From the NCBI RefSeq assembly GCF_000341395.1, contig NC_020304.1, positions 1,020,001-1,052,000 on the forward strand: a stretch of 32,000 bases of DNA. The letters run 5' to 3'. Source of the stretch: Desulfocapsa sulfexigens DSM 10523 (GTDB lineage Bacteria; Desulfobacterota; Desulfobulbia; Desulfobulbales; Desulfocapsaceae). The notes beneath the pieces were generated by a model, which was not told the origin of the DNA, ran no database searches, and was given only the letters and a program-made list of their open reading frames with translations. The stretch's first letter is position 1, and each line of letters begins with the position of its first letter. Shown here in pieces: positions 1 to 15,339 of the stretch. The position numbers were made by a program, and so were the translations under genes.

Positions 1-352
1 TAAACTCCAGACTGGAATCCTTGCTGATAGTTTGAATACGCTTGGCAATATTTACGGCGTTGTCGGCGATGCGCTCCAGTTCATTATTTATCTTAATAAT
101 AGCAATGAGGAGGCGTAGATCACTGGCCACGGGCTGGTGGAGAGCCAGAATTTTGAGACATTCCTCTTCCACCTCGATTTCCATCTCATCAATCTCCCAA
201 TCGGAACTGATGATCTCCTGAAGCAGATCCGGATCTCTGCTCTGCATGGCAAGACTGGCCTTTTGCAGACGGTCTTCAACCATTGAACCCAGTACCATGA
301 ATTTCTGTTTTACCTTGTCAATTTCCCTGTGAAACGTAAGATGATGAGCCAC
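1..352 (-). CDS. phoU: Phosphate signalling regulator PhoU (N-terminal part; 3' end runs off the window)
   Basis: Absent from the ORF track because it is truncated by the window edge. The reverse complement of 1..352 is open and reads VAHHLTFHREIDKVKQKFMVLGSMVEDRLQKASLAMQSRDPDLLQEIISSDWEIDEMEIEVEEECLKILALHQPVASDLRLLIAIIKINNELERIADNAVNIAKRIQ... It carries PhoU hallmarks (ALHQPVAxDLR, ELERIxDxAxNIAK). GTG start at 352, with AGGAG (rc of 361..365) 8 nt upstream. Adjacent to phoB/phoR. Confidence 0.85.
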   Translation of the reverse strand, partial: MAHHLTFHREIDKVKQKFMVLGSMVEDRLQKASLAMQSRDPDLLQEIISSDWEIDEMEIEVEEECLKILALHQPVASDLRLLIAIIKINNELERIADNAVNIAKRIQTISKDSSLEF

Positions 353-549
353 AATAGATTCTCCTGAAGAATTCTTAAGTAATGTTCATGCTCCTTAGAC
401 CAGATCTGTTTTAGAATCAGGTTAGAGTTTTATTCGGATTGCGTTAGGGGCCTTTTTTTTTGTTGCAGGCTCAAAATTGCCAGGTAGGATTAATTCAGTG
501 ACAGAGGAATCTCCCCAAATCCTATAAGCAGACAATCAGGAGCCGCCCA

Positions 550-1248
550 TTGAGCAAAGCAAGTATCCTCGTCGTAGAAGACGATGCAGATATCCAGCAG
601 CTTGTCAGCTATAATCTGATCAAGGCAGGTTTTAACGTAACCTGTGCCGACTCTGGTGAAGAGGCTCTACAGATCCTCGATCAGGAGCAGGTTGACCTGA
701 TACTCCTCGACCTTATGCTGCCGGGGAAAGACGGTATAGAGGTGTGCACCATAATCAGGGCCAAGACCGATTTGGTCCAACCACCCATCATTATGCTCAC
801 AGCGAAAAGCGAGGAAGATGACATTATCACGGGTCTCAGTTGCGGAGCCGACGACTATGTCACCAAACCCTTCAGTCCGCGGGTACTTATCGCCAGAGTT
901 CAGGCACTGTTGAGAAGGAAGCAGGAAAAGACCATTCGGGAAAATCGTTCTGACAGTGAAAGCATTCATATCCATTCCATGGTTATCCACCCCGGTCGCC
1001 ATGAAGTTTTGATTGATGGCCAACAGATCCATCTCACAGCCACAGAATTCACCATTCTGGAACAACTTGCCGGACGCCCCGGATGGGTCTACAGCCGTCA
1101 GCAGATCATCGATAAAATCCGTGGCTATGACTATCTTATCACCTCAAGGGCCGTTGATGTTCAGATCTTTGGTTTGCGTAAAAAACTCGGTGACATGGGA
1201 AGTTATATAGAAACCGTTCGTGGAATTGGGTACCGCTTAAAGGAATGA
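550..1248 (+). CDS. phoB: OmpR/PhoB-family response regulator (REC + winged-helix DNA-binding domain)
   Basis: ILVVEDDADIQ...DLILLDLMLPGKDG...TAKSEEDD...GADDYVTKPF receiver motifs. C-terminal LTATEFTILEQL...VDVQIFGLRKKL...TVRGIGYRL trans_reg_C motifs. TTG start, with AGGAG at 537..541. The Pho assignment rests on the neighbouring phoU and PhoR-like kinase. Confidence 0.85.
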   Translation: MSKASILVVEDDADIQQLVSYNLIKAGFNVTCADSGEEALQILDQEQVDLILLDLMLPGKDGIEVCTIIRAKTDLVQPPIIMLTAKSEEDDIITGLSCGADDYVTKPFSPRVLIARVQALLRRKQEKTIRENRSDSESIHIHSMVIHPGRHEVLIDGQQIHLTATEFTILEQLAGRPGWVYSRQQIIDKIRGYDYLITSRAVDVQIFGLRKKLGDMGSYIETVRGIGYRLKE

Positions 1249-1333
1249 AAAAGTGTTTTATGGTATGAGGTCTTCAATCTGCTGTGAGACCAAGTGGCCG
1301 TTCTATCGTTAACCATTTTGCAGGTAGCTTTCT

Positions 1334-3136
1334 ATGAAAAACAGACGATTTTTCTGGCAGATTTTCCCATCTGCCCTCTTTATTATCATCATCTCGATTG
1401 GTGCTGCCGGCTGGTATGGAACACAACTGATCCGTTCCTTTCATTACCATGAAATGGAGGAAGATATTGGAGATCGTGCCTTACTGCTGCGCCCCCATAT
1501 CATACAGTTACTGGACTCCAACGATGACCAGCTTCAGGAATTCTGCCGCCAGACAGGGCGGGCTGCCACCACCAGGATTACGGTTATTGCAGGTAACGGG
1601 ACGGTACTCGCCGATTCCAATGAAGATCCATCTCAGATGGATAACCATAAAAACAGACCTGAGATCCAGACCGCAATCACAGGAAAGATGGATGCATCCC
1701 TGAGATTCAGTAAGACACTGAGTCAGAATATGCTTTATGTGGCTATTCCTCTGAACGACGACAACCCGCAGGATGGAGTACTCCGTCTTTCAGTATCAGC
1801 TGCAGCACTCGACGCTGTTATCGCCTCTCTCCATAAACAAATACTCTACGGTATCTTTTTTATAGCTCTTGTCGCCGCAGGACTTTCCTATTACCTGGCG
1901 CGTCGCATCAGCAGCCCCCTTGAAGAAATGCGCCGGGGGGCTGAACGACTGGCAGGAGGAGACACAGATCGTCCCATTATTATTAACGACAACAGTATTC
2001 CGAGAGAAATGACAGAACTCTCACATTCTCTCAACAATATGGCCGAACAGCTCAATGGTCGGATCAAAATAATCAGCCAGCAACGAAATGAACTCGAAGC
2101 GGTTTTCAGCAGTATGACAGACGGTGTTCTCGCCATTGGCAACGACCATAGCATCATCCACATTAACCGCGCCGCCGCCAGACTCTTTCACATAAACCAC
2201 AGGACCGTACAGGGCCTTGTAGTTGAGGGGATTATCCGCAATCGGCTACTGCAGAAGTTTCTGGCCGATTCCCTGCAGAGCGATGTCACCATAACAAAAG
2301 ATCTGAGCCTGATGGAAAACGGACAGGAAATGACCCTACGTGTCCATGCGCATCCACTGAACGATGGGGAAGAGAGGAGAATGGGAAGTCTGATTGTTCT
2401 CCACAATCTGACCCGTATCAATCAACTGGAGAGCATCAGGCAGGATTTTGTGGCTAATGTCTCCCATGAACTCAAGACTCCGATAACTGCAATTCGAGGA
2501 TACGTGGAAACTTTACTTGATGGGGCCATTGATAACCGCGAAGATGCAGAAAAATTTTTGAACATTATTCACAGACAGGGGAGCAGGCTTGATGCCATTG
2601 TGGATGATCTGTTAACCCTGGCCCGAATCGAAGACACGGCAGAAAAAAATGAAATGGAAATGCAGGAGGAGACCATCAGCCCTATTCTTGAAGCAGTGAT
2701 CCAGACCTGTCGCGTTGCCGCAGAACAAAAAAACATCACCATCACCATGCAATGCCTCCCCGAGCAACTGACGGCAACCATCAACCGATCCATGCTTGAA
2801 CAGGCAATAATAAATCTGCTGACAAATGCTGTTACTTATAGCCCCGAAGGCTCAACAATTCACCTCAGAGCAGAACAGCAGAACAAAGCCACCACCAATC
2901 AAAGTATCCGCATCGATGTTCAGGATCAAGGTCCTGGCATCAGCCATGAGCACCAAAAACGTATTTTTGAGCGCTTCTATCGCTGCGACAAAGCAAGAAG
3001 CAGAGAACATGGAGGAACAGGATTAGGGCTTGCCATTGTAAAACATATTGCCGCCTGCCATAATGGCGAGGTGGAACTCCAAAGCAGGATGGGCAGTGGG
3101 TCTACATTCTCTCTCATTCTTCCAAAACAGAACTAA
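1334..3136 (+). CDS. phoR: PhoR-like sensor histidine kinase (2 TM, extracytoplasmic domain, HAMP, PAS, HisKA, HATPase_c)
   Basis: N-terminal TM FFWQIFPSALFIIIISIGAAGWY and a second TM GIFFIALVAAGLSYYLA. H-box DFVANVSHELKTPITAIRGY. N/G boxes LLTNAVTYSP, DQGPGI, GGTGLGLAIVKH. Lies directly downstream of the PhoB-like regulator. Confidence 0.8.
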   Translation: MKNRRFFWQIFPSALFIIIISIGAAGWYGTQLIRSFHYHEMEEDIGDRALLLRPHIIQLLDSNDDQLQEFCRQTGRAATTRITVIAGNGTVLADSNEDPSQMDNHKNRPEIQTAITGKMDASLRFSKTLSQNMLYVAIPLNDDNPQDGVLRLSVSAAALDAVIASLHKQILYGIFFIALVAAGLSYYLARRISSPLEEMRRGAERLAGGDTDRPIIINDNSIPREMTELSHSLNNMAEQLNGRIKIISQQRNELEAVFSSMTDGVLAIGNDHSIIHINRAAARLFHINHRTVQGLVVEGIIRNRLLQKFLADSLQSDVTITKDLSLMENGQEMTLRVHAHPLNDGEERRMGSLIVLHNLTRINQLESIRQDFVANVSHELKTPITAIRGYVETLLDGAIDNREDAEKFLNIIHRQGSRLDAIVDDLLTLARIEDTAEKNEMEMQEETISPILEAVIQTCRVAAEQKNITITMQCLPEQLTATINRSMLEQAIINLLTNAVTYSPEGSTIHLRAEQQNKATTNQSIRIDVQDQGPGISHEHQKRIFERFYRCDKARSREHGGTGLGLAIVKHIAACHNGEVELQSRMGSGSTFSLILPKQN

Positions 3137-3197
3137 TCACAAAAGTTCCTCCAAATCGGGAACATAACACCGATAAAAGAACGTAACGGGATCGCCA

Positions 3198-4388
3198 TCA
3201 GGGCAGTGGTGGAGGCTGAACTGCTGACGCCCCCTGAATGGGTTTTCCTTTTTTCAACTTCTTCACGACTAAGAAGATAAGGCCGCCGGCCAGGGAAAGG
3301 GCCAGGATAGCGATCAGGGGTCGGAAGACAAACCAGGCGACAGCTATAATCAGTGAAGAGAGGATTCCAGCAAGAAGAAAGGCAATTAAGCCAGTCCCGG
3401 TCTCAATTAGTGAACCCACGGCAGGAATCACGTCCGCCAATACTGACAATGGTTTCAGTATCATGCTGATCCCGATAAACATCAGAAAGAAACCGCCGGC
3501 CCGCAGCATCCAGGTGAGAATGGTGTTACTTTGCTGTTCCTGCTCAAACATGGCCTGGGCGTCATGTACCCCCAGCTCTAACAACTCAATAGCATCTCCG
3601 GCCTGGGCCTGGTAAGGCTGAAGATGGTCACCAGCCTGTTTGGCAATGACACTTACCTCCAGCGGTTTGACCACCTGATAACTGATACGGACATCACCAA
3701 CCTGCGGGTTGGCAGGATCCGTCCCAAGATAAAAGCCATCATTCATAACCTGGCCTCTGCCACTCCACCCTGAAGGAAGAGCCAGATTACCATCGACGGT
3801 CAGGGGTTCATAGTTTGTGATGTTGGAGATGAGGGATGGGGAAAGAAAAAAACTGCCTACTGAAACCTGCCGGCTCGTCAATTGGCGGCTCTTGAAAGGC
3901 ATGTTTGCAGGATTTTGATGTCCTTCAGTTTTTTTGAATGATGAGGAATCGATAAGTTGTTCAGTCCATACCTTTGAATAGGTGTAAGTGGTGGTCTGTT
4001 GTTCGCTACCGCCTAACTTCTTCTCGGTCTTGGTGCTCGACTTTTCTTGCCATTGAAACATAGTGCTCGTACGTCTGAGCATGATCACAGATGCCGCCGA
4101 AACCCCTAGCTCCTGATCAGTGAGAGTCTCGTCACTGGTGGCCATGCCTGTAAGATGAACCAGTTGTTGTTCATGACTAGCATCCACACTATCTGCGGCG
4201 ACACTGATCACAGTTTTACTCCCTTCCACCAAGGTCTTGTATCGCTTGACCGCCCGCCCCTCGTTCCAGAAAAGGAGAACGCAGCTGACCAGAATAAGGA
4301 TGATTCCGATAACGATTCCCTTGAACGCTCCGCCAATCCGCTGAAAATAGGATTGACTGGTGACCTCCGTAAAACTGTCATTACTCAT
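3198..4388 (-). CDS. TMEM43/DUF1625-like integral membrane protein
   Basis: The topology and the N-terminal motif (GIVIGIILILVSCVLLFWNEGRAVKRYKTL) resemble my memory of bacterial TMEM43-family proteins. It has one N-terminal TM, a roughly 270-aa soluble region and 3-4 C-terminal TMs. Recalled similarity only, not a search result. Confidence 0.5.
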   Translation of the reverse strand: MSNDSFTEVTSQSYFQRIGGAFKGIVIGIILILVSCVLLFWNEGRAVKRYKTLVEGSKTVISVAADSVDASHEQQLVHLTGMATSDETLTDQELGVSAASVIMLRRTSTMFQWQEKSSTKTEKKLGGSEQQTTTYTYSKVWTEQLIDSSSFKKTEGHQNPANMPFKSRQLTSRQVSVGSFFLSPSLISNITNYEPLTVDGNLALPSGWSGRGQVMNDGFYLGTDPANPQVGDVRISYQVVKPLEVSVIAKQAGDHLQPYQAQAGDAIELLELGVHDAQAMFEQEQQSNTILTWMLRAGGFFLMFIGISMILKPLSVLADVIPAVGSLIETGTGLIAFLLAGILSSLIIAVAWFVFRPLIAILALSLAGGLIFLVVKKLKKGKPIQGASAVQPPPLP

Positions 4389-4670
4389 GATTGAACCTCC
4401 ATTGTTTCAATTTCGTCGGGAGGTGATTACGTTTTTACATTCATAATCTTGAGGCCTCCAGCGTTTTTCGGAAAACAAGCCTACACAGCACAAATCGAAG
4501 GACATAATACCAATAAAAGGGCACTCTTTTTCTATAGACTTAACTTGTCAGGTGTGGACATTCTGACACCACTATTCGTTTCATCCTAGCCATATCTTAC
4601 TATAATGGTAAATAAACTTAATTTACAACTTCAAATGGTACTATGTCCCGGATTACACGGATTGTTCCGC

Positions 4671-4686
4671 TGGCATAAAATTTGCT
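4671..4686 (+). promoter_or_regulatory. Candidate sigma-54 (-24/-12) promoter for the flagellin gene
   Basis: TGGCATaaaatTTGCT has the GG-N10-GC spacing and near-consensus flanks (consensus TGGCACG-N4-TTGCW). It lies about 140 nt upstream of the flagellin ATG, on the same strand. Confidence 0.5.
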
Positions 4687-4824
4687 TCATTTTTGACCAA
4701 GAGCATATTGCGGACAAAATTGATTTAATGATTAACGTTTTTCGTAGTGCTCTTCCTCTTAGGTAAGTCAGTTTCAATTGTGTAGTTGGTGAAAAAGTCA
4801 AACATGTATCAAGGGGGACTCTCC

Positions 4825-5637
4825 ATGGTCAATTCCATTAGCAATAATTTCAGTGCTTCTCATCAAATTTCTAATGCCCAAAACAGAGCAGATAATTCAG
4901 CGTCTCGATTAAGTAGTGGCCGAAGAATAAATAGCGCCAAAGATGATGCTGCTGGATTGGCAATTTCTGATGGGATGAATTCCCAGGTGAGAGGATTAAA
5001 CCAGGCGATGAGAAACACAAATGATGGCATCTCATTAGCTCAAACCGCAGATGGCGCATTAAGCGAGTCTACGAATATTCTGCAGAGAATGAGAGACTTA
5101 GCTGTTCAGTCGAGCAACGGAATCTATAACGACAACGACAGAAGATCAATGAACGAGGAATTTTCCCAACTGCAGTCAGAGTTGGATCGTATAGCTGGTG
5201 CAACTACCTTTAACGGGAAAAACATTCTTGACGGAAGTCTGGAGGGCGGCTTAACTTTTCAAGTTGGTGCTAATGCTCAGGAAACTATCAATGTAACTCT
5301 AAACGGAGCTACCCAGGAAGATCTGGGGACAGAGTCTTTAGACATTCTTACCGGACAAAGTTCACAAGAGGCACTGGGAGCAATTGATGAGGCCATTGCA
5401 TCTATTTCAGGTGCCAGAGGAGAGTTGGGGGCAACCATCAATCGTTTCGAATCGACAATATCCAATCTGGGCAACGTATCTGAAAATATTGCGGCTTCTG
5501 AATCGAGAATTGCTGATGCGGATGTTGCAGCCGAGGTTTCAGATATGCTTAAAAATCGGATTCTCGAACAAGCCGGTGTCTCAATCCAGGCTCAGGCGAA
5601 TCAGAGGGCTGGAATGTTACTGTCACTTTTGAACTAG
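4825..5637 (+). CDS. fliC: Flagellin (short, about 270 aa)
   Basis: N-terminal [24 protein letters not shown]...[23 protein letters not shown]...[15 protein letters not shown]-terminal [43 protein letters not shown] prefer ATG 4825 (GGGGG 7 nt upstream) over the track's TTG at 4786. Confidence 0.9.
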   Translation: MVNSISNNFSASHQISNAQNRADNSASRLSSGRRINSAKDDAAGLAISDGMNSQVRGLNQAMRNTNDGISLAQTADGALSESTNILQRMRDLAVQSSNGIYNDNDRRSMNEEFSQLQSELDRIAGATTFNGKNILDGSLEGGLTFQVGANAQETINVTLNGATQEDLGTESLDILTGQSSQEALGAIDEAIASISGARGELGATINRFESTISNLGNVSENIAASESRIADADVAAEVSDMLKNRILEQAGVSIQAQANQRAGMLLSLLN

Positions 5638-5650
5638 CCAGAGGTTATTA

Positions 5651-9412
<3,762 letters not shown>

Positions 9413-9497
9413 GCGTACAGGTCAGGGGAAAAATGGAATCTTCCGGAAAACTATACGGCATACTGACGCACAAAACGATAAAAAATCACCCCACTAT

Positions 9498-10562
9498 TCA
9501 GTCACCGGAAAACAATCGTAAGTACTCACCATAGCCCTCACTTTCCAGCTGTTCCTTTGGAATAAAACGAAGTGACGCCGAATTGATGCAGTAGCGTAGG
9601 CCCGTTGATGGTGGCCCATCGTTAAAGACATGGCCAAGATGCGAGTCTCCATGCTTGCTCCGAACCTCGGTGCGCACAGAAAAAAAGCTTCGATCCGTTT
9701 TTTCAACAATATTTTTGGCTTCAATTGGACGATCGAAACTGGGCCATCCGGTTCCGGATTTATACTTGTCCCGCGAACTGAACAGGGGTTCTCCTGAAAC
9801 GATGTCCACATAGATCCCCTCCGCCTTGTTATCCCAGTATTCGTTATGAAACGCTGGCTCCGTTCCCTCTTTCTGAGTAACCTTGTACTGGAGGTCGCTC
9901 AGGCGGGAACGAATTTCAGCATCCGATGGCTTTTTATAGCTTGCAGACTTCTGTGCAAGCTTCTCGGGCCAGACCGTGTCCACAAAATATTGCCGTCCCG
10001 AACCCTTCTTATAAGATGAGTAATGGGAATAATTTTTTCGGTAATAGTCCTGATGATATTCCTCCGCCGGATAAAATGGCAGCAGCGGCAAAACTTCTGT
10101 CATAATGGGTTTATCAAAGAGTCCGGATTGCTGAAGCTTTTCTTTGGAGGCCAAGGCCGCCTTTTTTTCCAGCTCGTCGCCAAAAAAAATGGCTGTTTTG
10201 TACTGAGATCCGCGGTCCGCAAACTGACCGCCGGAATCCGTTGGGTCAATCTGGTGCCAGAACACCTCTACTAGTTCCGCAAAACTTATCCGTTCTGGAT
10301 CATAACGCACTTCCACGGCTTCATAGTGATCGGTTTTTCCCCCACTGACCTGTTCATAATTGGCATCCTCTTCTGCCCCGCCGCTGTATCCAGCCCGTAC
10401 CTCAATCACTCCTTCAAGCTGTTCAAAGGGAGGCTCCATGCACCAGAAACACCCGCCACCAAAAACAGCCGTTTTTTCCTCTGCCATCGCATCTCTCCCG
10501 GGTATTAAAAATAGTATTGCACAGACAAATAATATTGCTGCTATCCTTTTATTTTGAGCCAT
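9498..10562 (-). CDS. msrAB: Exported bifunctional methionine sulfoxide reductase MsrA-MsrB
   Basis: Signal peptide [27 protein letters not shown]. MsrA motif [13 protein letters not shown]. MsrB motifs [11 protein letters not shown] and [11 protein letters not shown]. Confidence 0.9.
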   Translation of the reverse strand: MAQNKRIAAILFVCAILFLIPGRDAMAEEKTAVFGGGCFWCMEPPFEQLEGVIEVRAGYSGGAEEDANYEQVSGGKTDHYEAVEVRYDPERISFAELVEVFWHQIDPTDSGGQFADRGSQYKTAIFFGDELEKKAALASKEKLQQSGLFDKPIMTEVLPLLPFYPAEEYHQDYYRKNYSHYSSYKKGSGRQYFVDTVWPEKLAQKSASYKKPSDAEIRSRLSDLQYKVTQKEGTEPAFHNEYWDNKAEGIYVDIVSGEPLFSSRDKYKSGTGWPSFDRPIEAKNIVEKTDRSFFSVRTEVRSKHGDSHLGHVFNDGPPSTGLRYCINSASLRFIPKEQLESEGYGEYLRLFSGD

Positions 10563-10619
10563 TCAGCACCTCCATATTTTAAGAATCATTCCCACATGAA
10601 AATTAGTATGCATTGTTGA

Positions 10620-12359
<1,740 letters not shown>

Positions 12360-12361
12360 TT

Positions 12362-13201
12362 ATGTCTGTTTCTCCCGTAGCTGTCGAAACCCCTGGTGGT
12401 AACGATATCAACGTTGGTTCTGACCAGCCCCTCCTTCTTATTGCCGGGCCCTGTGCTCTGGAGTCCGAAGAGCTTGCCCGAAGGGTTGCTGGTGAGATGC
12501 AGGAGATCTGTGGCAGACTCGGCATATCCTACGTCTTCAAAGCATCTTTTGACAAAGCCAACAGGACCTCCCTTGATTCCTATCGCGGTCCGGGCCTTGA
12601 CGAAGGTCTCAGTATCCTTTCCAGAATCAGAGAAGAGATGCAGGTTCCGGTCATATCCGACGTGCATGACGTCGGCCAGATAGCCCCCGCCGCTGAGGTC
12701 CTCGATATCCTTCAAATCCCTGCCTTTCTCTGCCGCCAAACTGACCTACTTGTTGCTGCAGCACAAACAGGTAAACCTGTGAACCTGAAGAAAGGACAGT
12801 TTGTCTCCCCTTGGGATATGGAAAACGGGGTAAATAAATTGAGGGGAGCAGGCGGCACCAAAATCATGCTGGTGGAGAGAGGTGCATGCTTTGGCTATAA
12901 TAATCTGGTTGTGGATATGCGCTCCCTCCCTGTTATGCGTGGTTTCAACTGCCCTGTTATATTTGATGCCACTCATTCGGTACAACTTCCCGGAGGAGCA
13001 GGTGGCTCATCTGGAGGCATGCGGGAATTCATCACGCCACTTTCCCGCGCTGCGGTGGCGGCTGGTATTGATGGTCTCTTTATGGAAGTTCATCCCGACC
13101 CGGACAAAGCACTCTGCGACGGCCCCAACTCCATACGACTTGACGCCATCGAAGAGTTGCTGACTCAGCTGCTTCGCATTCACAAAGCTGTTACGACCTG
13201 A
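12362..13201 (+). CDS. kdsA: 3-deoxy-8-phosphooctulonate (KDO8P) synthase
   Basis: LLLIAGPCALES, FKASFDKANRTS, LQIPAFLCRQTDLL, FDATHSVQLPGG. Its start lies 2 nt after the pyrG stop. Confidence 0.92.
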   Translation: MSVSPVAVETPGGNDINVGSDQPLLLIAGPCALESEELARRVAGEMQEICGRLGISYVFKASFDKANRTSLDSYRGPGLDEGLSILSRIREEMQVPVISDVHDVGQIAPAAEVLDILQIPAFLCRQTDLLVAAAQTGKPVNLKKGQFVSPWDMENGVNKLRGAGGTKIMLVERGACFGYNNLVVDMRSLPVMRGFNCPVIFDATHSVQLPGGAGGSSGGMREFITPLSRAAVAAGIDGLFMEVHPDPDKALCDGPNSIRLDAIEELLTQLLRIHKAVTT

Positions 13202-13218
13202 TATTTAACAAACCTGCC

Positions 13219-13869
13219 ATGGATCCTAATTCCTGTACACCTTCCGGACCCGGTGCCTATCCCTCCGACTGTGAAGTCCGTGAAGGGTACCGGAAAATCG
13301 CACGAGAAAAAGCTATGCACAATAATCGAAGTGAGAACTGGCAGGTGACACTTTCCAAAGCCAAAGATATCAAACTCCTTCTCCTCGACGTCGATGGTGT
13401 TCTCACCGATGGCAACCTCATCTATTCACACGAAGGAAAAGAATCCAAATCCTTTAATACCCAGGACGGTTTCGGCCTGCGCATGCTCCAGGATGCAGGT
13501 GTTGAAGTGGGCATTATCACTGCCAGAAGCTCCGAAGCACTGGAACGACGGGCCAGTGACCTTAAAATTTCCCATCTCTATCAGGGAGCCGCAAACAAAC
13601 TTATTGCCTACCAGGAAATCGTCAAAAAAACAGGCCTCAAACCCTTTCAAATTGCCTACATGGGTGACGACTGGCTCGACATGGTACTTCTGAAACGTGT
13701 GGGCCTGTCTCTTGCTCCAGCAAATGGTGTGCTCGAAGTAAAGGAGATGGTTCATTATACGACGGAGCAGTCCGGCGGACATGGCGCAGTACGTGAGGCC
13801 TGCAATCTGATCCTTGAAGGCTTGGGCAAGTATAATGAGTTGCTACAGGGGTATCTTACCCGATGCTAA
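13219..13869 (+). CDS. kdsC: KDO 8-phosphate phosphatase (HAD superfamily)
   Basis: IKLLLLDVDGVLTDGNLIY, FNTQDGFGLRML, GIITARSS, AYMGDDWLDM. The start is uncertain. ATG 13312 would give about 185 aa, the usual KdsC size. Confidence 0.85.
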   Translation: MDPNSCTPSGPGAYPSDCEVREGYRKIAREKAMHNNRSENWQVTLSKAKDIKLLLLDVDGVLTDGNLIYSHEGKESKSFNTQDGFGLRMLQDAGVEVGIITARSSEALERRASDLKISHLYQGAANKLIAYQEIVKKTGLKPFQIAYMGDDWLDMVLLKRVGLSLAPANGVLEVKEMVHYTTEQSGGHGAVREACNLILEGLGKYNELLQGYLTRC

Positions 13870-14456
13870 CCCGCAGAAATCTCGTTTGGGTTATTCCCCT
13901 TGGATTTTTTCTCACATTTCCTTTATGGAGTATTCCTGTTGGTTCCTTTCTTACCCCGCGTGGCGGGTATGACCCATCCCTGAACGAACGAAAGCTGGAC
14001 GCCCATAAATTTACCATGGAAAATGTTCATATTACCCAGAGTAAAAGTGGTAATACCAGTCTTGAAATTAGAGCAGAACGGGCCTATTCCGGTGACACGG
14101 AGAATGAATATAAAATGGAAGAAATTGATGCTGTTGTTACCGGCAACAACGGTGAACAGACATTTATTGCCGCCCGAAAAGGGGTACTGGACAAAGAGAC
14201 CGCCATTCTCACCCTGATCGATGAAGTTGTGGTGATAAAACCCAAGGATAAATTTGAGTTATACACAGATCTACTTATCTATAATGATAAGACAAAGATA
14301 GCCAACTCACCTGGAAAAACCCAGGTTATTGGTGAAAAGATAGAGATTCGCGGCAACAATCTTATCTTTAATACCGAAACAGAATCATATGACCTTGGTG
14401 GTCGCGTCCACTGTAAACTCGAAAATTTCACCTCCCCGAACGACGCATCTCTCTGA
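13863..14456 (+). CDS. lptC: LPS export protein LptC (single N-terminal TM anchor)
   Basis: About 197 aa, with the N-terminal anchor LVWVIPLGFFLTFPLW and a beta-rich periplasmic remainder. It holds the canonical position right after kdsC, overlapping its stop (ATGCTAA). The call rests mainly on size, topology and synteny. Confidence 0.65.
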   Translation: MLTRRNLVWVIPLGFFLTFPLWSIPVGSFLTPRGGYDPSLNERKLDAHKFTMENVHITQSKSGNTSLEIRAERAYSGDTENEYKMEEIDAVVTGNNGEQTFIAARKGVLDKETAILTLIDEVVVIKPKDKFELYTDLLIYNDKTKIANSPGKTQVIGEKIEIRGNNLIFNTETESYDLGGRVHCKLENFTSPNDASL

Positions 14457-14482
14457 AAAAAACACTCCCGTTCTGACATTGC

Positions 14483-14511
14483 TTGACAAGCGCAATCTCA
14501 CCCTGTAAAAT
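14483..14511 (+). promoter_or_regulatory. Near-consensus sigma-70 promoter (TTGACA-N17-TAAAAT)
   Basis: TTGACA at 14483..14488, an exact 17-nt spacer, and TAAAAT at 14506..14511. It lies about 50 nt upstream of the DUF4198 gene start. Confidence 0.5.
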
Positions 14512-14559
14512 CACACGTAATTATTTTTCGTGTTAAAACCTCAGGCCACAGGAAACAAT

Positions 14560-15339
14560 ATGAAACCAGCCAAATTAACTCTTTTTATCGTACTTTTGCT
14601 GCTGTTCAGCAGTACCCAAAGCAATGCCCATTTCGGAATGATCATACCAAAGGAACCGCGGGTTGAGCCCCAGAACAGAACCATCCAGCTCTCCCTTTCT
14701 TTTTCTCACCCCTTCGAAGGAACGGGAATGGATCTGCTGAAACCGGCACAATTCTATGTAATCAAAGACGGTGAGAAATCAGACCTGCTTGGCGACCTCA
14801 AAGAAACGAAGATTATGGATCGTCTTGGCTGGGAAACGGATTATCAGGTAAAGCGACCAGGCGTCTACCATTTCGTCATGGAACCCATCCCCTACTGGGA
14901 ACCCACCGAAGACCTTTCCATTATCCACTATACAAAAGTTATTATTCCAGCATTTGGTGCAGAGGATGGCTGGGATCAACCAGTGGGACTGGCTACAGAG
15001 ATCGTCCCCCGCCTTCGTCCTTTTGGCAACTATGCCGGAAACAGCTTCACAGGACAGGTACTCCTGAACGGCAAACCGCTTCCCAACGCAGAAGTAGAAG
15101 TGGAATTATACAATCAGGAAGGGAAGTACCGCGCCCCCAGCGACCTCCATATCACCCAGCTTATAAAGGCGGATACTGCTGGAATTTTCACCTTCACCTG
15201 CCCCCTTCCGGGATGGTGGGGTTTTGCCGCACTGAGCAGTGCCGATTACACCCTCAAGAATCCACAGGGAGAAGACAAGGAAGTGGAACTTGGCGCAGTA
15301 CTCTGGATCTATATGGATGCTTACGGGATCAACCAATAA
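14560..15339 (+). CDS. DUF4198 / COG5266-like periplasmic protein (Ni/Co-uptake-associated family)
   Basis: Signal peptide MKPAKLTLFIVLLLLFSSTQSNA followed by HFGMIIP, typical of the family. It also has a transthyretin-like segment, GQVLLNGKPLPNAEVEVELYN. ATG 14560 is preceded by AGGAAA. Family assignment is from memory. Confidence 0.6.
   Translation: MKPAKLTLFIVLLLLFSSTQSNAHFGMIIPKEPRVEPQNRTIQLSLSFSHPFEGTGMDLLKPAQFYVIKDGEKSDLLGDLKETKIMDRLGWETDYQVKRPGVYHFVMEPIPYWEPTEDLSIIHYTKVIIPAFGAEDGWDQPVGLATEIVPRLRPFGNYAGNSFTGQVLLNGKPLPNAEVEVELYNQEGKYRAPSDLHITQLIKADTAGIFTFTCPLPGWWGFAALSSADYTLKNPQGEDKEVELGAVLWIYMDAYGINQ

Noticed and set aside
498-504. Pho-box-like heptamer CTGTCAC (reverse complement) upstream of phoB.
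   Set aside because: Only one heptamer matches. The second repeat 4 nt away (TTAATCC) does not fit, and the orientation and distance are not canonical. Evidence is insufficient for a Pho box.
4700-4730. Possible sigma-28 flagellin promoter (GCGGACAA resembles the GCCGATAA -10 element).
   Set aside because: The required TAAA -35 element 15 nt upstream is absent (TTTT instead). The sigma-54 element at 4671..4686 is a much better fit.
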